From: Oligoflexales bacterium
Lineage (GTDB): Bacteria > Bdellovibrionota_B > Oligoflexia > Oligoflexales > Bog-1112
Reading direction: 5' to 3'
NCBI GenBank assembly: GCA_045106415.1
Contig: JBGCEP010000058.1
Coordinates: 1 to 21,850 of the forward strand
DNA: 21,850 nt
How positions within the stretch are numbered: position 1 is the first letter of the stretch; each line of letters begins with the position of its first letter. The translations under genes were made by a program, and so were the position numbers. A model generated the notes under the pieces. It was not told where the DNA came from, ran no database searches, and saw only the letters and a list, made by a program, of their open reading frames with translations. Positions 8,118 through 16,976 of the stretch are shown piece after piece.

Positions 8118-9290
8118 CTAAGGTTTTGACCACAAAAAAGCTGTTTCTACATCAAGTTTTCCGCAACCTTTACGGCCTAAACCATCAAACATATGAAAAG
8201 CAAATCTCTCCGTGAGAAGTCGGCAAAATTCGATCCCTCGTACACTATTTCCGCATCGGTCTAACTTAGGCGACCAGATCCCTAGACCACCAATTCCTGG
8301 AAGTACAATCATAATGCCTCCAGAAACACCACTTTTTGCAGGAAGACCCATTAAGAATGCAAATTCTCCTGAGTAGTCATACATTCCACAAGAAAGCATC
8401 GTAGAAAGAACATGTCTATTAATATGTGGCTGTAAAACACGCCTGGACCCTAAAGGGTGAATTCCTCCAGAAGCAAGTGTGGCCGCTCCTATTGCAAGAT
8501 GCTGTGTCTGAACTTCTATAGAACAACATTGGAAATAAAAATCTAAAATGTTGTCTAAATTTGGGGTCTCATCAGGAAATGCATTGTTTTCTTTCATTAA
8601 ATAACCGAGTGCATAATTTCTATCAGCTGTCACCTTCTCTGAAGAATAGACACTATTATTAAAACGAACAGAAGAATGACAAAGTTCTTCCCAACGGCGC
8701 ATAACGTAATCAAATCGATCGGCAGGATCTTCATAACTGCGAATCATAGAAGAAGTGACAATGCCTCCTGAATTTAACATAGGATTATGAGGCTGCCCTT
8801 TATGATTTAAAGACAGTTCATTAAACGATCGGCCACTAGGCTCTTGCCCGATATAGCTGTGCACGACACGGTCACCATATTCTTCAAGAGCTAACCAATA
8901 ACTAATGACTTTTGAAATAGACTGTGTGCAAAACCACTCTTCTTTATCCCCAAAAGAAGCGACTTGTCCGTCAATTGTACAGATAGAGACAGCAAAAAGG
9001 TCAGGTTTGACCCTTTCTAGCTGGGGAATATAAGTTGCCACTTCACCGTCTGTTGAAAGTTTACTCTGTTCATAAATAGCTTCAATATGATTTAAGAAAG
9101 CATCAAAATCGGAAACAACCCAATCATTATTTTGAAAATCGTTAATCCATTGCTCTGTTGTATTTTTAAGCTGACTAAAATCAAGTTCTTGATCTTGATT
9201 TTTTATTGAACGTAGTTCAATAATTCTTGGGTCATTTGCAAAAATATGGTTATTAAGGAGTTTATCAACCCATTGAGACGCTGTAGACAC
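8118..9290 (-). CDS. glsA: Glutaminase
   Basis: GEVATYIPQL, catalytic QSISK (SxxK), EPSGRSFN, PHNPMLNSG, CGMYDYSGEFA, PAKSGVSGG, SPKLDRCGNSVRG; GTG start with AAGGAG RBS. Confidence 0.97.
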   Translation of the reverse strand: MSTASQWVDKLLNNHIFANDPRIIELRSIKNQDQELDFSQLKNTTEQWINDFQNNDWVVSDFDAFLNHIEAIYEQSKLSTDGEVATYIPQLERVKPDLFAVSICTIDGQVASFGDKEEWFCTQSISKVISYWLALEEYGDRVVHSYIGQEPSGRSFNELSLNHKGQPHNPMLNSGGIVTSSMIRSYEDPADRFDYVMRRWEELCHSSVRFNNSVYSSEKVTADRNYALGYLMKENNAFPDETPNLDNILDFYFQCCSIEVQTQHLAIGAATLASGGIHPLGSRRVLQPHINRHVLSTMLSCGMYDYSGEFAFLMGLPAKSGVSGGIMIVLPGIGGLGIWSPKLDRCGNSVRGIEFCRLLTERFAFHMFDGLGRKGCGKLDVETAFLWSKP

Positions 9291-9467
9291 GGTTTCTCCT
9301 TATGACATCTATTATCTAGGTATTCTCGTACCTTTTTGTAAAAAAAGAACCAGGCAAGTTCTACGTTTACGAGAAACATTATAGGGATAAGATCAAAAAT
9401 AAAAATATTTTTCAATATTTTTATTGAGATACAAACCAGAGACTATTGAGTAGCTATCTGATTTTTT

Positions 9468-10037
9468 AAGACCTTTTATGACAATTGAGAGATCTTTTTC
9501 ATGGCAATCCTGATACTTCCAATGAAGTCCATAGATTCTTGATGTCAGAGTTTTTTTCATAGTTCCTGACAAGCCTTCTCTGGCGATTCAGCCATGCAAA
9601 TGATCTCTCGACAACCCAGCAGAAAGCCTGTAGTACAAAGCCTTTTTCTCCATCTTTTCTGCAGTCCGACTCAATAGAAGTTAGAACTTTATATGATATC
9701 CCAACATCTCTATAAGCCTTATCTCCAAGAATTTTCTCAAGTCTGGGAAAATTCTTATCGTCATTGAGCTGGGTAGTGGTGACTTTCCCTGCATGTTGGT
9801 CATGTTGGTTAGCTGACGTCACAACACATGACAAAAGCACCCCAATGACATCAACTGCAATGTGCCATTTACGACCGTTAACCTTTTTGTTGCAATCCAC
9901 AAATACCAGGCTCTGCCGTAAGAGATTGAAAGTCAACAGACACAAGTGATGGTGAGCGCTCCTTTCCGGATTTTTCTCTCGATATTTCCACTAAATTCAA
10001 ATTGAAGCTCTCCCAAATCTATTCACGAGACCAACCT
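9468..10037 (-). mobile_element. IS5-family (IS1031-like) transposase relic
   Basis: KKVNGRKWHIAVD, SANQHD, GDKAY, WVVERSFAWLNRQRRLVRNYE. Another frame upstream reads WSRE*IWESFN...SPSLVSVDFQS and one downstream reads HQESMDFIGSIRIAMKKI to a stop at 9476. Several lesions; 5' end missing; boundaries approximate. Confidence 0.9.
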
Positions 10038-10040
10038 AAG

Positions 10041-10231
10041 CGCAGAGTCAGCGGTACCTTTAAACTGCAAAATACAACGGTCTTGACCCATATCAATGGC
10101 TCTCTCACGTTCTAGAAAATCTGTCGCTGCACTCTTCTCAAGATAATATTGATGATCTATTACCACTGAATATCTGACGCATTTAAAAATCTCATGATTT
10201 GAATTTTTTTAAAGGTACCGCTGACTCTACG
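10041..10231. mobile_element. About 190-bp inverted-repeat mini-element derived from an IS66 right end
   Basis: Perfect 21-bp inverted repeat AGAGTCAGCGGTACCTTTAAA (10044-10064 / 10208-10228) enclosing an IS66 TnpC C-terminal fragment. Confidence 0.75.
10064..10177 (+). pseudogene. tnpC: IS66 transposase TnpC C-terminal fragment
   Basis: Hand translation TAKYNGLDPYQWLSHVLENLSLHSSQDNIDDLLPLNI* matches the IS66 C-terminal pattern TAKxNGxDPxxYLxxVL...IxxLLP. Confidence 0.88.
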
Positions 10232-10299
10232 TTTGCGGAATTTTAAAATCAGCTCTAAAAATGTTAGGTTGTTCTTTCTTGAAAAGAAAAGGATTTATC

Positions 10300-11028
10300 A
10301 TGTCGAAATTTTTATCCCTTTTGGTTCTTATAATATTTCCCATAACCGGAGCATCAAACCCTGTTATGATTTCTCATGCTGGTGGGCTTTTGGCAGAAAC
10401 CCCATATACCAACTCTAAAGAATCATTTCAAAACTCTTATCTTCAAGGATTTGATTATCTTGAAGTAGATCTTCGTAGAACAAGCGATGGACATACTGTT
10501 TTAATTCATGATTGGGATAACACATGGAAAAAAATTTTCCATCAAAAATCTCACAATCCGACTTATGAAGAATTCATGTCAGCTCAACTGATTTTTACTC
10601 AATTAGATCTCACTGAATTTTTGGACGAAATTAGAAACTACCCGAATTTAAAAATCATATTAGATATAAAAGATAATGTTTTTTTAATACTTGAAGAAAT
10701 ATCGTCCTTAGCTCCTGATCTCAAAACAAGGCTTATCCCACAGGTTTTCACTGAAGAACAGAGTATCTATACAAAAAATCTGGGTTTCCATCATTTTTTA
10801 CTAGCTTTATACCGCATGGATACGATTGACATTGAGAGCCTTTCATCTTTTTTTGAAGAACATCACCCTTTAGGGTTTACTGTCTCTCAAGAGCGTGTAT
10901 TTAGTAATGAATATGCTCCATTATTAAACCGATATCCAACATATGTTTTTACTGTGAATTCTGAAGAAAAAATTAAAGAACTTAAAAAATTTCCTTTTAT
11001 TAAAGGCATTTTTACAGATCGTCTATAG
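10300..11028 (+). CDS. Secreted glycerophosphodiester phosphodiesterase (GDPD) family protein
   Basis: ISHAGG, NS, EVDLRRTSDGHTVLIHD, ILDIK, FTVN and GIFTD motifs; signal peptide from ATG 10300 (AAGGA upstream). Overlaps the convergent gene by 17 bp. Confidence 0.9.
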   Translation: MSKFLSLLVLIIFPITGASNPVMISHAGGLLAETPYTNSKESFQNSYLQGFDYLEVDLRRTSDGHTVLIHDWDNTWKKIFHQKSHNPTYEEFMSAQLIFTQLDLTEFLDEIRNYPNLKIILDIKDNVFLILEEISSLAPDLKTRLIPQVFTEEQSIYTKNLGFHHFLLALYRMDTIDIESLSSFFEEHHPLGFTVSQERVFSNEYAPLLNRYPTYVFTVNSEEKIKELKKFPFIKGIFTDRL

Positions 11029-12199
11029 CCTCGACTGATGATGATCCATAGAGGCTTTCATCAATTTCAAGTAGAGACTTTAAATGGTTAGTAAAAACAG
11101 GTACTGCTTGTCCTAACCTAGCTCTTAAAGATATTAAAGCAGGACAAGATAGAGTACATCCCCTTAAGGGATCTTTAAGATCAGAGATAGAATTGAGAAA
11201 ATTTCTTTTAAAACCATCGACAGGGTTAAACTGCTGGCCTAAAACACCAGCAATACTTTTTAAAAATCCCGAAGGTGACTCTTGATCACTCTTTTCTTCT
11301 GTTTTGTCTTCACCCCCTTCTTCTTCTGTATCTTGACTTAAATTTTCATCACCTTCTTGACAAAAAAGTCCTATTTGATTTTGATTTTCAACCTTAGTAT
11401 TAATAATAATCTGGTTAAAAATACTTTCTTGCTCAAGCATAGACTGGACTGTCTCCTCTATTTTTATCTTAGAGAAGCTATCATTTTTACCTGGATAATT
11501 ATTAATTAAAAGATCTAGATAGTTTGCATGATGGATACTGAGCTGCAGCTCAACAAGGGGATTTAAAGCTTCTATCACTTTCATTTCTGCTTGACTTGTC
11601 ATCTCACACTTAGATGAGTCATTCAAATAATCTTGAAACAAGCCTCTTAATATATTTAAATCGTTATGCAAATCGGAAATAATAAGACGCCTGTCATTAA
11701 GTTTCTTTTTTGCAATAGGGTCAATTTGATTCTTAAAATCACCATATACTTTCATTGAATCACTGCATGTATTTTGGTAACAAGATTTTGCTTCTATCGA
11801 AAATTGTCCGTCTGGAATTCCTCCATCTGGGTAATGGTCTTCTATAAGATCGTAGACTTGAGTGGACTCAAACTGAAAACAATCAATACTTTGATGACAA
11901 ATTTCATATTTTACATAATCGACACTATTCTTGGTTTCTGTAATAAAAACGTGCAAATAAACTTCAGGGAGTAAAAAGTGAGGTATTCTTGCTAGTCGTA
12001 ACCCTGAAATTTCAGGGGGCTTCTGTTCAATAACAGCTGCTTGTGGATCAGAATCTAGAATATCTTTTTGATTCTCAACAATAATATCACTGCCAGTAGT
12101 AACATCTTTGCGATTTGGATCATAATCTCTAGACGGTGACGATGAATCTTGAGAGTTAAAACAGCCTATTACAAAAAATAATGCGAATAAATATTTCAA
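11012..12199 (-). CDS. Hypothetical lipoprotein
   Basis: MKYLFALFFVIG-C lipobox-like start with Ser-rich tether; the TTG start overlaps the upstream TGA stop; acidic linker and several Cys pairs. Confidence 0.8.
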   Translation of the reverse strand: MKYLFALFFVIGCFNSQDSSSPSRDYDPNRKDVTTGSDIIVENQKDILDSDPQAAVIEQKPPEISGLRLARIPHFLLPEVYLHVFITETKNSVDYVKYEICHQSIDCFQFESTQVYDLIEDHYPDGGIPDGQFSIEAKSCYQNTCSDSMKVYGDFKNQIDPIAKKKLNDRRLIISDLHNDLNILRGLFQDYLNDSSKCEMTSQAEMKVIEALNPLVELQLSIHHANYLDLLINNYPGKNDSFSKIKIEETVQSMLEQESIFNQIIINTKVENQNQIGLFCQEGDENLSQDTEEEGGEDKTEEKSDQESPSGFLKSIAGVLGQQFNPVDGFKRNFLNSISDLKDPLRGCTLSCPALISLRARLGQAVPVFTNHLKSLLEIDESLYGSSSVEAIDDL

Positions 12200-12927
12200 T
12201 CAACAGCCTCTTGAGTATCTTTTTGTAGTTTTTCAATTTCTTCATTCGTAATAAGACAAGATTGATTTGTCGATAAAATATCATCTATAAAATTCAGAGA
12301 TATTTTAATTTTTGACCCATTTTTCTGCGCAACAGACCCTTCATCAAATAGCAGTCTCCCATTCACTTGAAAGCTCCCTATAACAAAATCTAATGGGAAA
12401 CTTTCTCCAGATATTGTTTCAAAATAAATTTGTCTTGCCATTGCTAATGGCGGAGACTCACTTAGCACCCCTCCAAGAATATCTTTAAAATTCAAATCAA
12501 ATAAAGATCCTGTTTCGATTTCTTGAGATTGAAATACAAATCCCGTTGGAGATGAAAAAAGTTCTATAACAACTCTAAATTTAACTTGCTGCCCTGAACT
12601 AGTGGAGAGTGTAAATTTTGCAGAGGGTGCTTTCGATGTTGCAATCCCATCACATGATTTTCGGGTTGATGATTGAAAACGGGACATTAAAATACAATTT
12701 TGTTCAAAAGACTTTATTTTTTCACAGTATCCATCATTAATAACATAAAGTTGGTTAACACGATGTAATAAATATTCATTTTCAGTCTTTAAATTTGCTA
12801 GGCAAAACTTCTGAGCTTTCAATTCAGTATCACTTATAGTTTTGACTTGATCTTCTGTATATTGAGGGCAAACGGCATGACTTATCCCTGAACACAGCAG
12901 AAAAATAAAAAAGACCAAAATACTCAT
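12196..12927 (-). CDS. Hypothetical secreted protein
   Basis: Likely start ATG 12927 (GAGG RBS) giving signal peptide MSILVFFIFLLCSGISHA; Cys-containing helical N-part and beta-rich C-part. Confidence 0.78.
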   Translation of the reverse strand: MSILVFFIFLLCSGISHAVCPQYTEDQVKTISDTELKAQKFCLANLKTENEYLLHRVNQLYVINDGYCEKIKSFEQNCILMSRFQSSTRKSCDGIATSKAPSAKFTLSTSSGQQVKFRVVIELFSSPTGFVFQSQEIETGSLFDLNFKDILGGVLSESPPLAMARQIYFETISGESFPLDFVIGSFQVNGRLLFDEGSVAQKNGSKIKISLNFIDDILSTNQSCLITNEEIEKLQKDTQEAVD

Positions 12928-13082
12928 GTCATTGACCTCTAAAATAGACTTATCGGTTTTTTTAAAAAAAATATAAAAAATATATAGTGGTAAAAAACAT
13001 TGCATTTGTATAAATAGAATTTTTCACCATGATCATCTTAACAATTAATTAAAAATTAACACTGAAGCACCTTTAAATAAAT

Positions 13083-14156
13083 CTAATCATTGCCACCATC
13101 ATCAAAAACTTCTGGAATCTCAAATTTCACACTCGAGACGCCTAAGACATCAAGATATCCGCACTTTGATAAAGAAAGAGAATCGCTTGACTCAAGGCCT
13201 GGTACAAGAGTGAGGCATGATTCTTCTTTAATAATCAACAAAGAATCCTTATTAATACTGCGGTATAAAGAGATATCGTCAAACAGAATTTCTGTGCATT
13301 TTTTAGGCTTTAAGCTTTTTAAAATATCTAAACCTGAGGATAAAGACATATCCTCATAGCAGTCTCCCTTTAAAGATAAAGACCTTTCAATAAGCTCTAG
13401 TTCACATTTATTACTTTCAATTCTTTTTGTCTCACTTAACTGATAAGAACATTTCATTTCATCTTTTTCACCTCTGTCTAAAATTTTCAAATCAATTTTT
13501 TCATCAGATTGAGCCACAATCATACTGCCGTAGTCAGCAGGATTAAATTCTGTATCAACCTGCCAAGTTGTAGAAGATCCTTCTTGGTTAGCGGGCTTTT
13601 GTTGTTGTGCTGATGGGTTTCTCTCAGCTATCCATAACCCATATACTTGATCTGGGACTTCTTCTTTCACTTCAACAGTAATTTCTTGAGAATCATCCAA
13701 ATCTGTTCGTTTCATTGTGACAAAATGTTTACCTTTTGGTGGCAAATAAAATAAACATGACCAAAGTTTAGAGTTTTCTTTACAATCAGGTCGGTACTTT
13801 GAGCCATTTACAACCCACTCTAAGGAATTAAAATTTTTAAATTCTGACCTTTTATCATTTTCCAAAATCATACACCCTGCAACCTGCGCCCCTGGATTTT
13901 CAATAAGGGGGTCTTCAGCGCAACTCAAGAACATTCCTGATATAGTCTCAGGAGTTGATGCTGTCTCATCATCTAGATACTCTTCATCTGGCCCTTCATG
14001 GTCATAATTTCCAGATCTATCTGGTGTTTGATCAATAGACCCGCTTGTATGGCCACCTGTTTCTTGCCCTTCAGACTCTGGGTGCAGATAGCTTTCTTGG
14101 GAACTACAGCCTGTCATGTAAATAGTAATAAGCAGCACAACATTAGTGAACTTCAC
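13083..14156 (-). CDS. Hypothetical lipoprotein
   Basis: GTG start with AGGAGA RBS; MKFTNVVLLITIYMTG-C lipobox, acidic disordered tether, multiple Cys. Confidence 0.85.
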   Translation of the reverse strand: MKFTNVVLLITIYMTGCSSQESYLHPESEGQETGGHTSGSIDQTPDRSGNYDHEGPDEEYLDDETASTPETISGMFLSCAEDPLIENPGAQVAGCMILENDKRSEFKNFNSLEWVVNGSKYRPDCKENSKLWSCLFYLPPKGKHFVTMKRTDLDDSQEITVEVKEEVPDQVYGLWIAERNPSAQQQKPANQEGSSTTWQVDTEFNPADYGSMIVAQSDEKIDLKILDRGEKDEMKCSYQLSETKRIESNKCELELIERSLSLKGDCYEDMSLSSGLDILKSLKPKKCTEILFDDISLYRSINKDSLLIIKEESCLTLVPGLESSDSLSLSKCGYLDVLGVSSVKFEIPEVFDDGGND

Positions 14157-14193
14157 TTTATATCTCCTGATTCTGGAATCCCCAACAAGATAC

Positions 14194-14220
14194 CTATCGG
14201 GATGAAGCTGTAAACTCTTA
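14194..14220 (-). promoter_or_regulatory. Candidate sigma-28 (FliA) promoter
   Basis: Minus strand TAAG-N15-CCCGATAG versus consensus TAAA-N15-GCCGATAA, 38 nt upstream of the lipoprotein start. Confidence 0.45.
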
Positions 14221-14370
14221 GAAATAGTTCTTCTTTCTATTTATTTTCAAAAAAAACAACATCTTAAAGATCGACAACGAGAATAAAAAACAAACTTTGA
14301 AAAAAAAATTGCATTCTAAATCATGTCTGTTAAAAGTGTATCCCTCAGCACCTTCATAACCGGAGACAAA

Positions 14371-15012
14371 ATGAGCCTGCAAGTCATCGAAATTTACCCA
14401 AGTATTCAAGGTGAATCCACATACACTGGAGTGCCTTGTTCATTTGTGCGTCTAGCCGGCTGTCCTCTAAGGTGTAAATGGTGTGACACTGCGTATGGGT
14501 TTGAAAGTGGGCAACAAATGAGTTTTGATGACATTATCACAGAAGTTGTCTCCCATAACCTCCCAACTGTTGAATTAACAGGTGGAGAGCCTCTAGCTCA
14601 AAACAATAGTATTCCTCTCATGAAATCACTTGTAAAAACAGGTATTAAAGTTTTAATTGAAACAAGCGGATCTATTTCTATCAAAGAAATCCCCGATGAA
14701 GTACATATTGTTATGGATCTCAAGTGCCCTGATAGTAGAATGAGCCACCATAACGATTTAAACAACTTAAAATACATTAAGTCTAGTGATGACATTAAGT
14801 TTGTCATAGCAAGCCGCAATGATTTTGACTGGGCTGTACAAATGACACAAGGGCACCGTCTTGAAGAGAAGTGTCATGTCTTGTTCTCACCTGCTTGGGG
14901 ACTTATAAAGCCAGAAGACCTTGTCTCTTGGATTTTAGAAGCCCCAGTGAATCCACGGCTTAATTTACAAACACATAAGTATATTTGGTCCCCACGAAAA
15001 AAGGGAGTCTAA
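14371..15012 (+). CDS. queE: 7-carboxy-7-deazaguanine synthase (radical SAM)
   Basis: EIYPSIQGE, FVRLAGCPLRCKWCDT (CxxxCxxC), LTGGEPL, IETSG, LQTHK; ATG 14371 has a GGAG RBS. Confidence 0.95.
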   Translation: MSLQVIEIYPSIQGESTYTGVPCSFVRLAGCPLRCKWCDTAYGFESGQQMSFDDIITEVVSHNLPTVELTGGEPLAQNNSIPLMKSLVKTGIKVLIETSGSISIKEIPDEVHIVMDLKCPDSRMSHHNDLNNLKYIKSSDDIKFVIASRNDFDWAVQMTQGHRLEEKCHVLFSPAWGLIKPEDLVSWILEAPVNPRLNLQTHKYIWSPRKKGV

Positions 15013-15193
15013 ATCCTAGCAATACATCATCACTGTAGCCGCGGTGAAATACCTCTACCTTCTTTTAAAAAAATCTATACAAAGAAATCCACTATTTAAG
15101 TGTGCATACTTTACTGATACGTATAAAAAAAATTTCATAGTTCCATGGATATTCCGAACAACTCCCTAAGATCGAGGTTTATAGGGGGTTTTT

Positions 15194-15534
15194 ATGGAAA
15201 CGGATCAAAACTGGATAGGCTTAGAAATTAAAAGCACTCAAGCTGGAATGTTAAAGCTTGAAAAAAATTAGGATCTGGAGCATTTAGCCATGCTTATATG
15301 GCAACAAGCGCTAGTGGTCAGACATATACTATTAAAATTCTTAAATCTAAAGACAACAACCTAAGTTTTAAGTAAGAAATCAAGTTACTTGCCATTTTAG
15401 AACAACCATCGATACAGAAAATATATGAACTTGGTGAATATAAAGGATTTTCGTTCCTTATTCTGAGTCATTTTAAAGGCCAATCTCTCCAAGAGAGAAT
15501 TTATGAAGACACAAAATCATTAAAGAACATATAA
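15194..15534 (+). pseudogene. Hanks-type Ser/Thr protein kinase relic (N-lobe only)
   Basis: ATG 15194, frameshift in A7 at 15261-15267, then LGSGAFSHAYMA...YTIKIL...FK*EIKLLAILEQPSIQKIYELG...LILSHFKGQSLQERI; in-frame TAA at 15373-15375; no catalytic loop or DFG. Confidence 0.85.
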
Positions 15535-15620
15535 ACATCTAATTACAAAGAAAAATAATACATATTTTATGTTTATGTAAAGTAATACCGATAGTGATAT
15601 GAGTCCTATCAGAGGTTTTT

Positions 15621-16022
15621 ATGACTTTTATCAAGTTTTTTATCCTGGTTTTTCTGCTTATAAATTGTGCAGAAGAAGGAAATGTTTCCCCTGAGAAAAC
15701 CAAGGAAAAAAGACAATCAGAAGATATTCACACCCAAGGTCACTGGATACGTCATGACGGCGTCATTTTTGGAGCAAAAGGTACAAAGACTGGTTACTAC
15801 AAAGCCAGTAATGGCGACATCTATGATCAAAATGAGATATTTTCAGGATTTATTGTGGTGAATGGCTTTATTGAAAACCACCTCGGGCATAAAACTGGAT
15901 TTACTGTGCTGGATTCTGGTGCTCTTTCAGGGTGTGCGGATTTATCCGAATACCCCTTACTACGGAAGGTTTTTGCGATCTGGAGCCCACTGGCTGACGT
16001 GAAATGTAAAAAGAGCAATTAG
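15621..16022 (+). CDS. Small hypothetical lipoprotein
   Basis: GAGG RBS; MTFIKFFILVFLLIN-C lipobox-like start; short G-x-I / KTG-[YF] beta-hairpin-like repeats. Confidence 0.75.
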   Translation: MTFIKFFILVFLLINCAEEGNVSPEKTKEKRQSEDIHTQGHWIRHDGVIFGAKGTKTGYYKASNGDIYDQNEIFSGFIVVNGFIENHLGHKTGFTVLDSGALSGCADLSEYPLLRKVFAIWSPLADVKCKKSN

Positions 16023-16976
16023 TCTTATCTTGTGTATCCAGAGCCTAGCATGCCTATTAACTACACAACAACAACAGTAAATATAATGAAACAGCGAGCA
16101 CTGTAACTAACAGCCACTCTTTGTGCTAGCTGCTGCTTTATTGATTCCGTTCAATACACTGAGAATCGAGGGATTCGTTCATTTAACAGGTGTTTCGTGA
16201 ACACCAAGAGAATCTATTTTTTACTAGTTATTTCAGCGACTTACGTCAAAAAAGAGGTTTTGATCATCGAAAACCCTTAAAAAACCAAGGACCCCCGAAG
16301 ATGCAAAAAATGTGCTTAAAAATTAAACAGAAAAACCTGAGGAGATATTCGAGATCAGAAAAAAGAAGGTCAAGTCTGAAATAACGAGGATTATGACCCA
16401 AAAACCCTGAGCGCTGGCATAAATCTCATAACCAACCTTCAAAAAGACTCCAGATCACTAAAGCATCCCGGGGATGCGTATTTTTTAATCAAAAAACCAT
16501 CAAAGAGTGGGCCTTTGATTCTACAGCACTAGCTGTTTACTTAACATTAACCATCTGAAAACATTCATATAAAGTTGTCTCAACCGAAGGCCCAATCACT
16601 CACTCATACCTACCCAAAAATATTGACGCTACTTTTCTCTCATACTAGAGAACCACCTTTCAATATCCCAGGCTTACCTGGAGCACCGACGTAACCCTAG
16701 CTGGGTCGTTACATAAAAAGAGCTTATTAAAGCAGTTTAATCTTACCTGCAGCGCAAAAAACGTTTTCTTTTCCATGGCAAAGCAAGGTCATTCGGTTGA
16801 TAGCACAAATCACGAGAGACCTTAGATAAGGGACTGCCCACCTCTCACTGCCTTAGTTTTTATCCTACATTTAATAGATACCCTGAGAAAAAAGTTTATT
16901 GCATTAATTATAAGCAGAAAACTATGGGAACATCTCAACCATGGTTATGGTTCATTTTAATGATGTAGCCACATCA

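Noticed and set aside
14220..14370. preQ1 riboswitch upstream of queE
   Set aside because: No recognisable preQ1 stem with A-rich tail by eye; an Infernal/Rfam scan would be decisive.
14371..15012. queE as part of a 7-deazaguanine DNA-modification (dpd) island
   Set aside because: No dpdA/tgt, queC, queD or folE recognised nearby; it looks like a standalone housekeeping queE.
16190..16384. 64-aa Lys/Arg-rich ORF
   Set aside because: No clear RBS or motif; composition reflects A-rich DNA.
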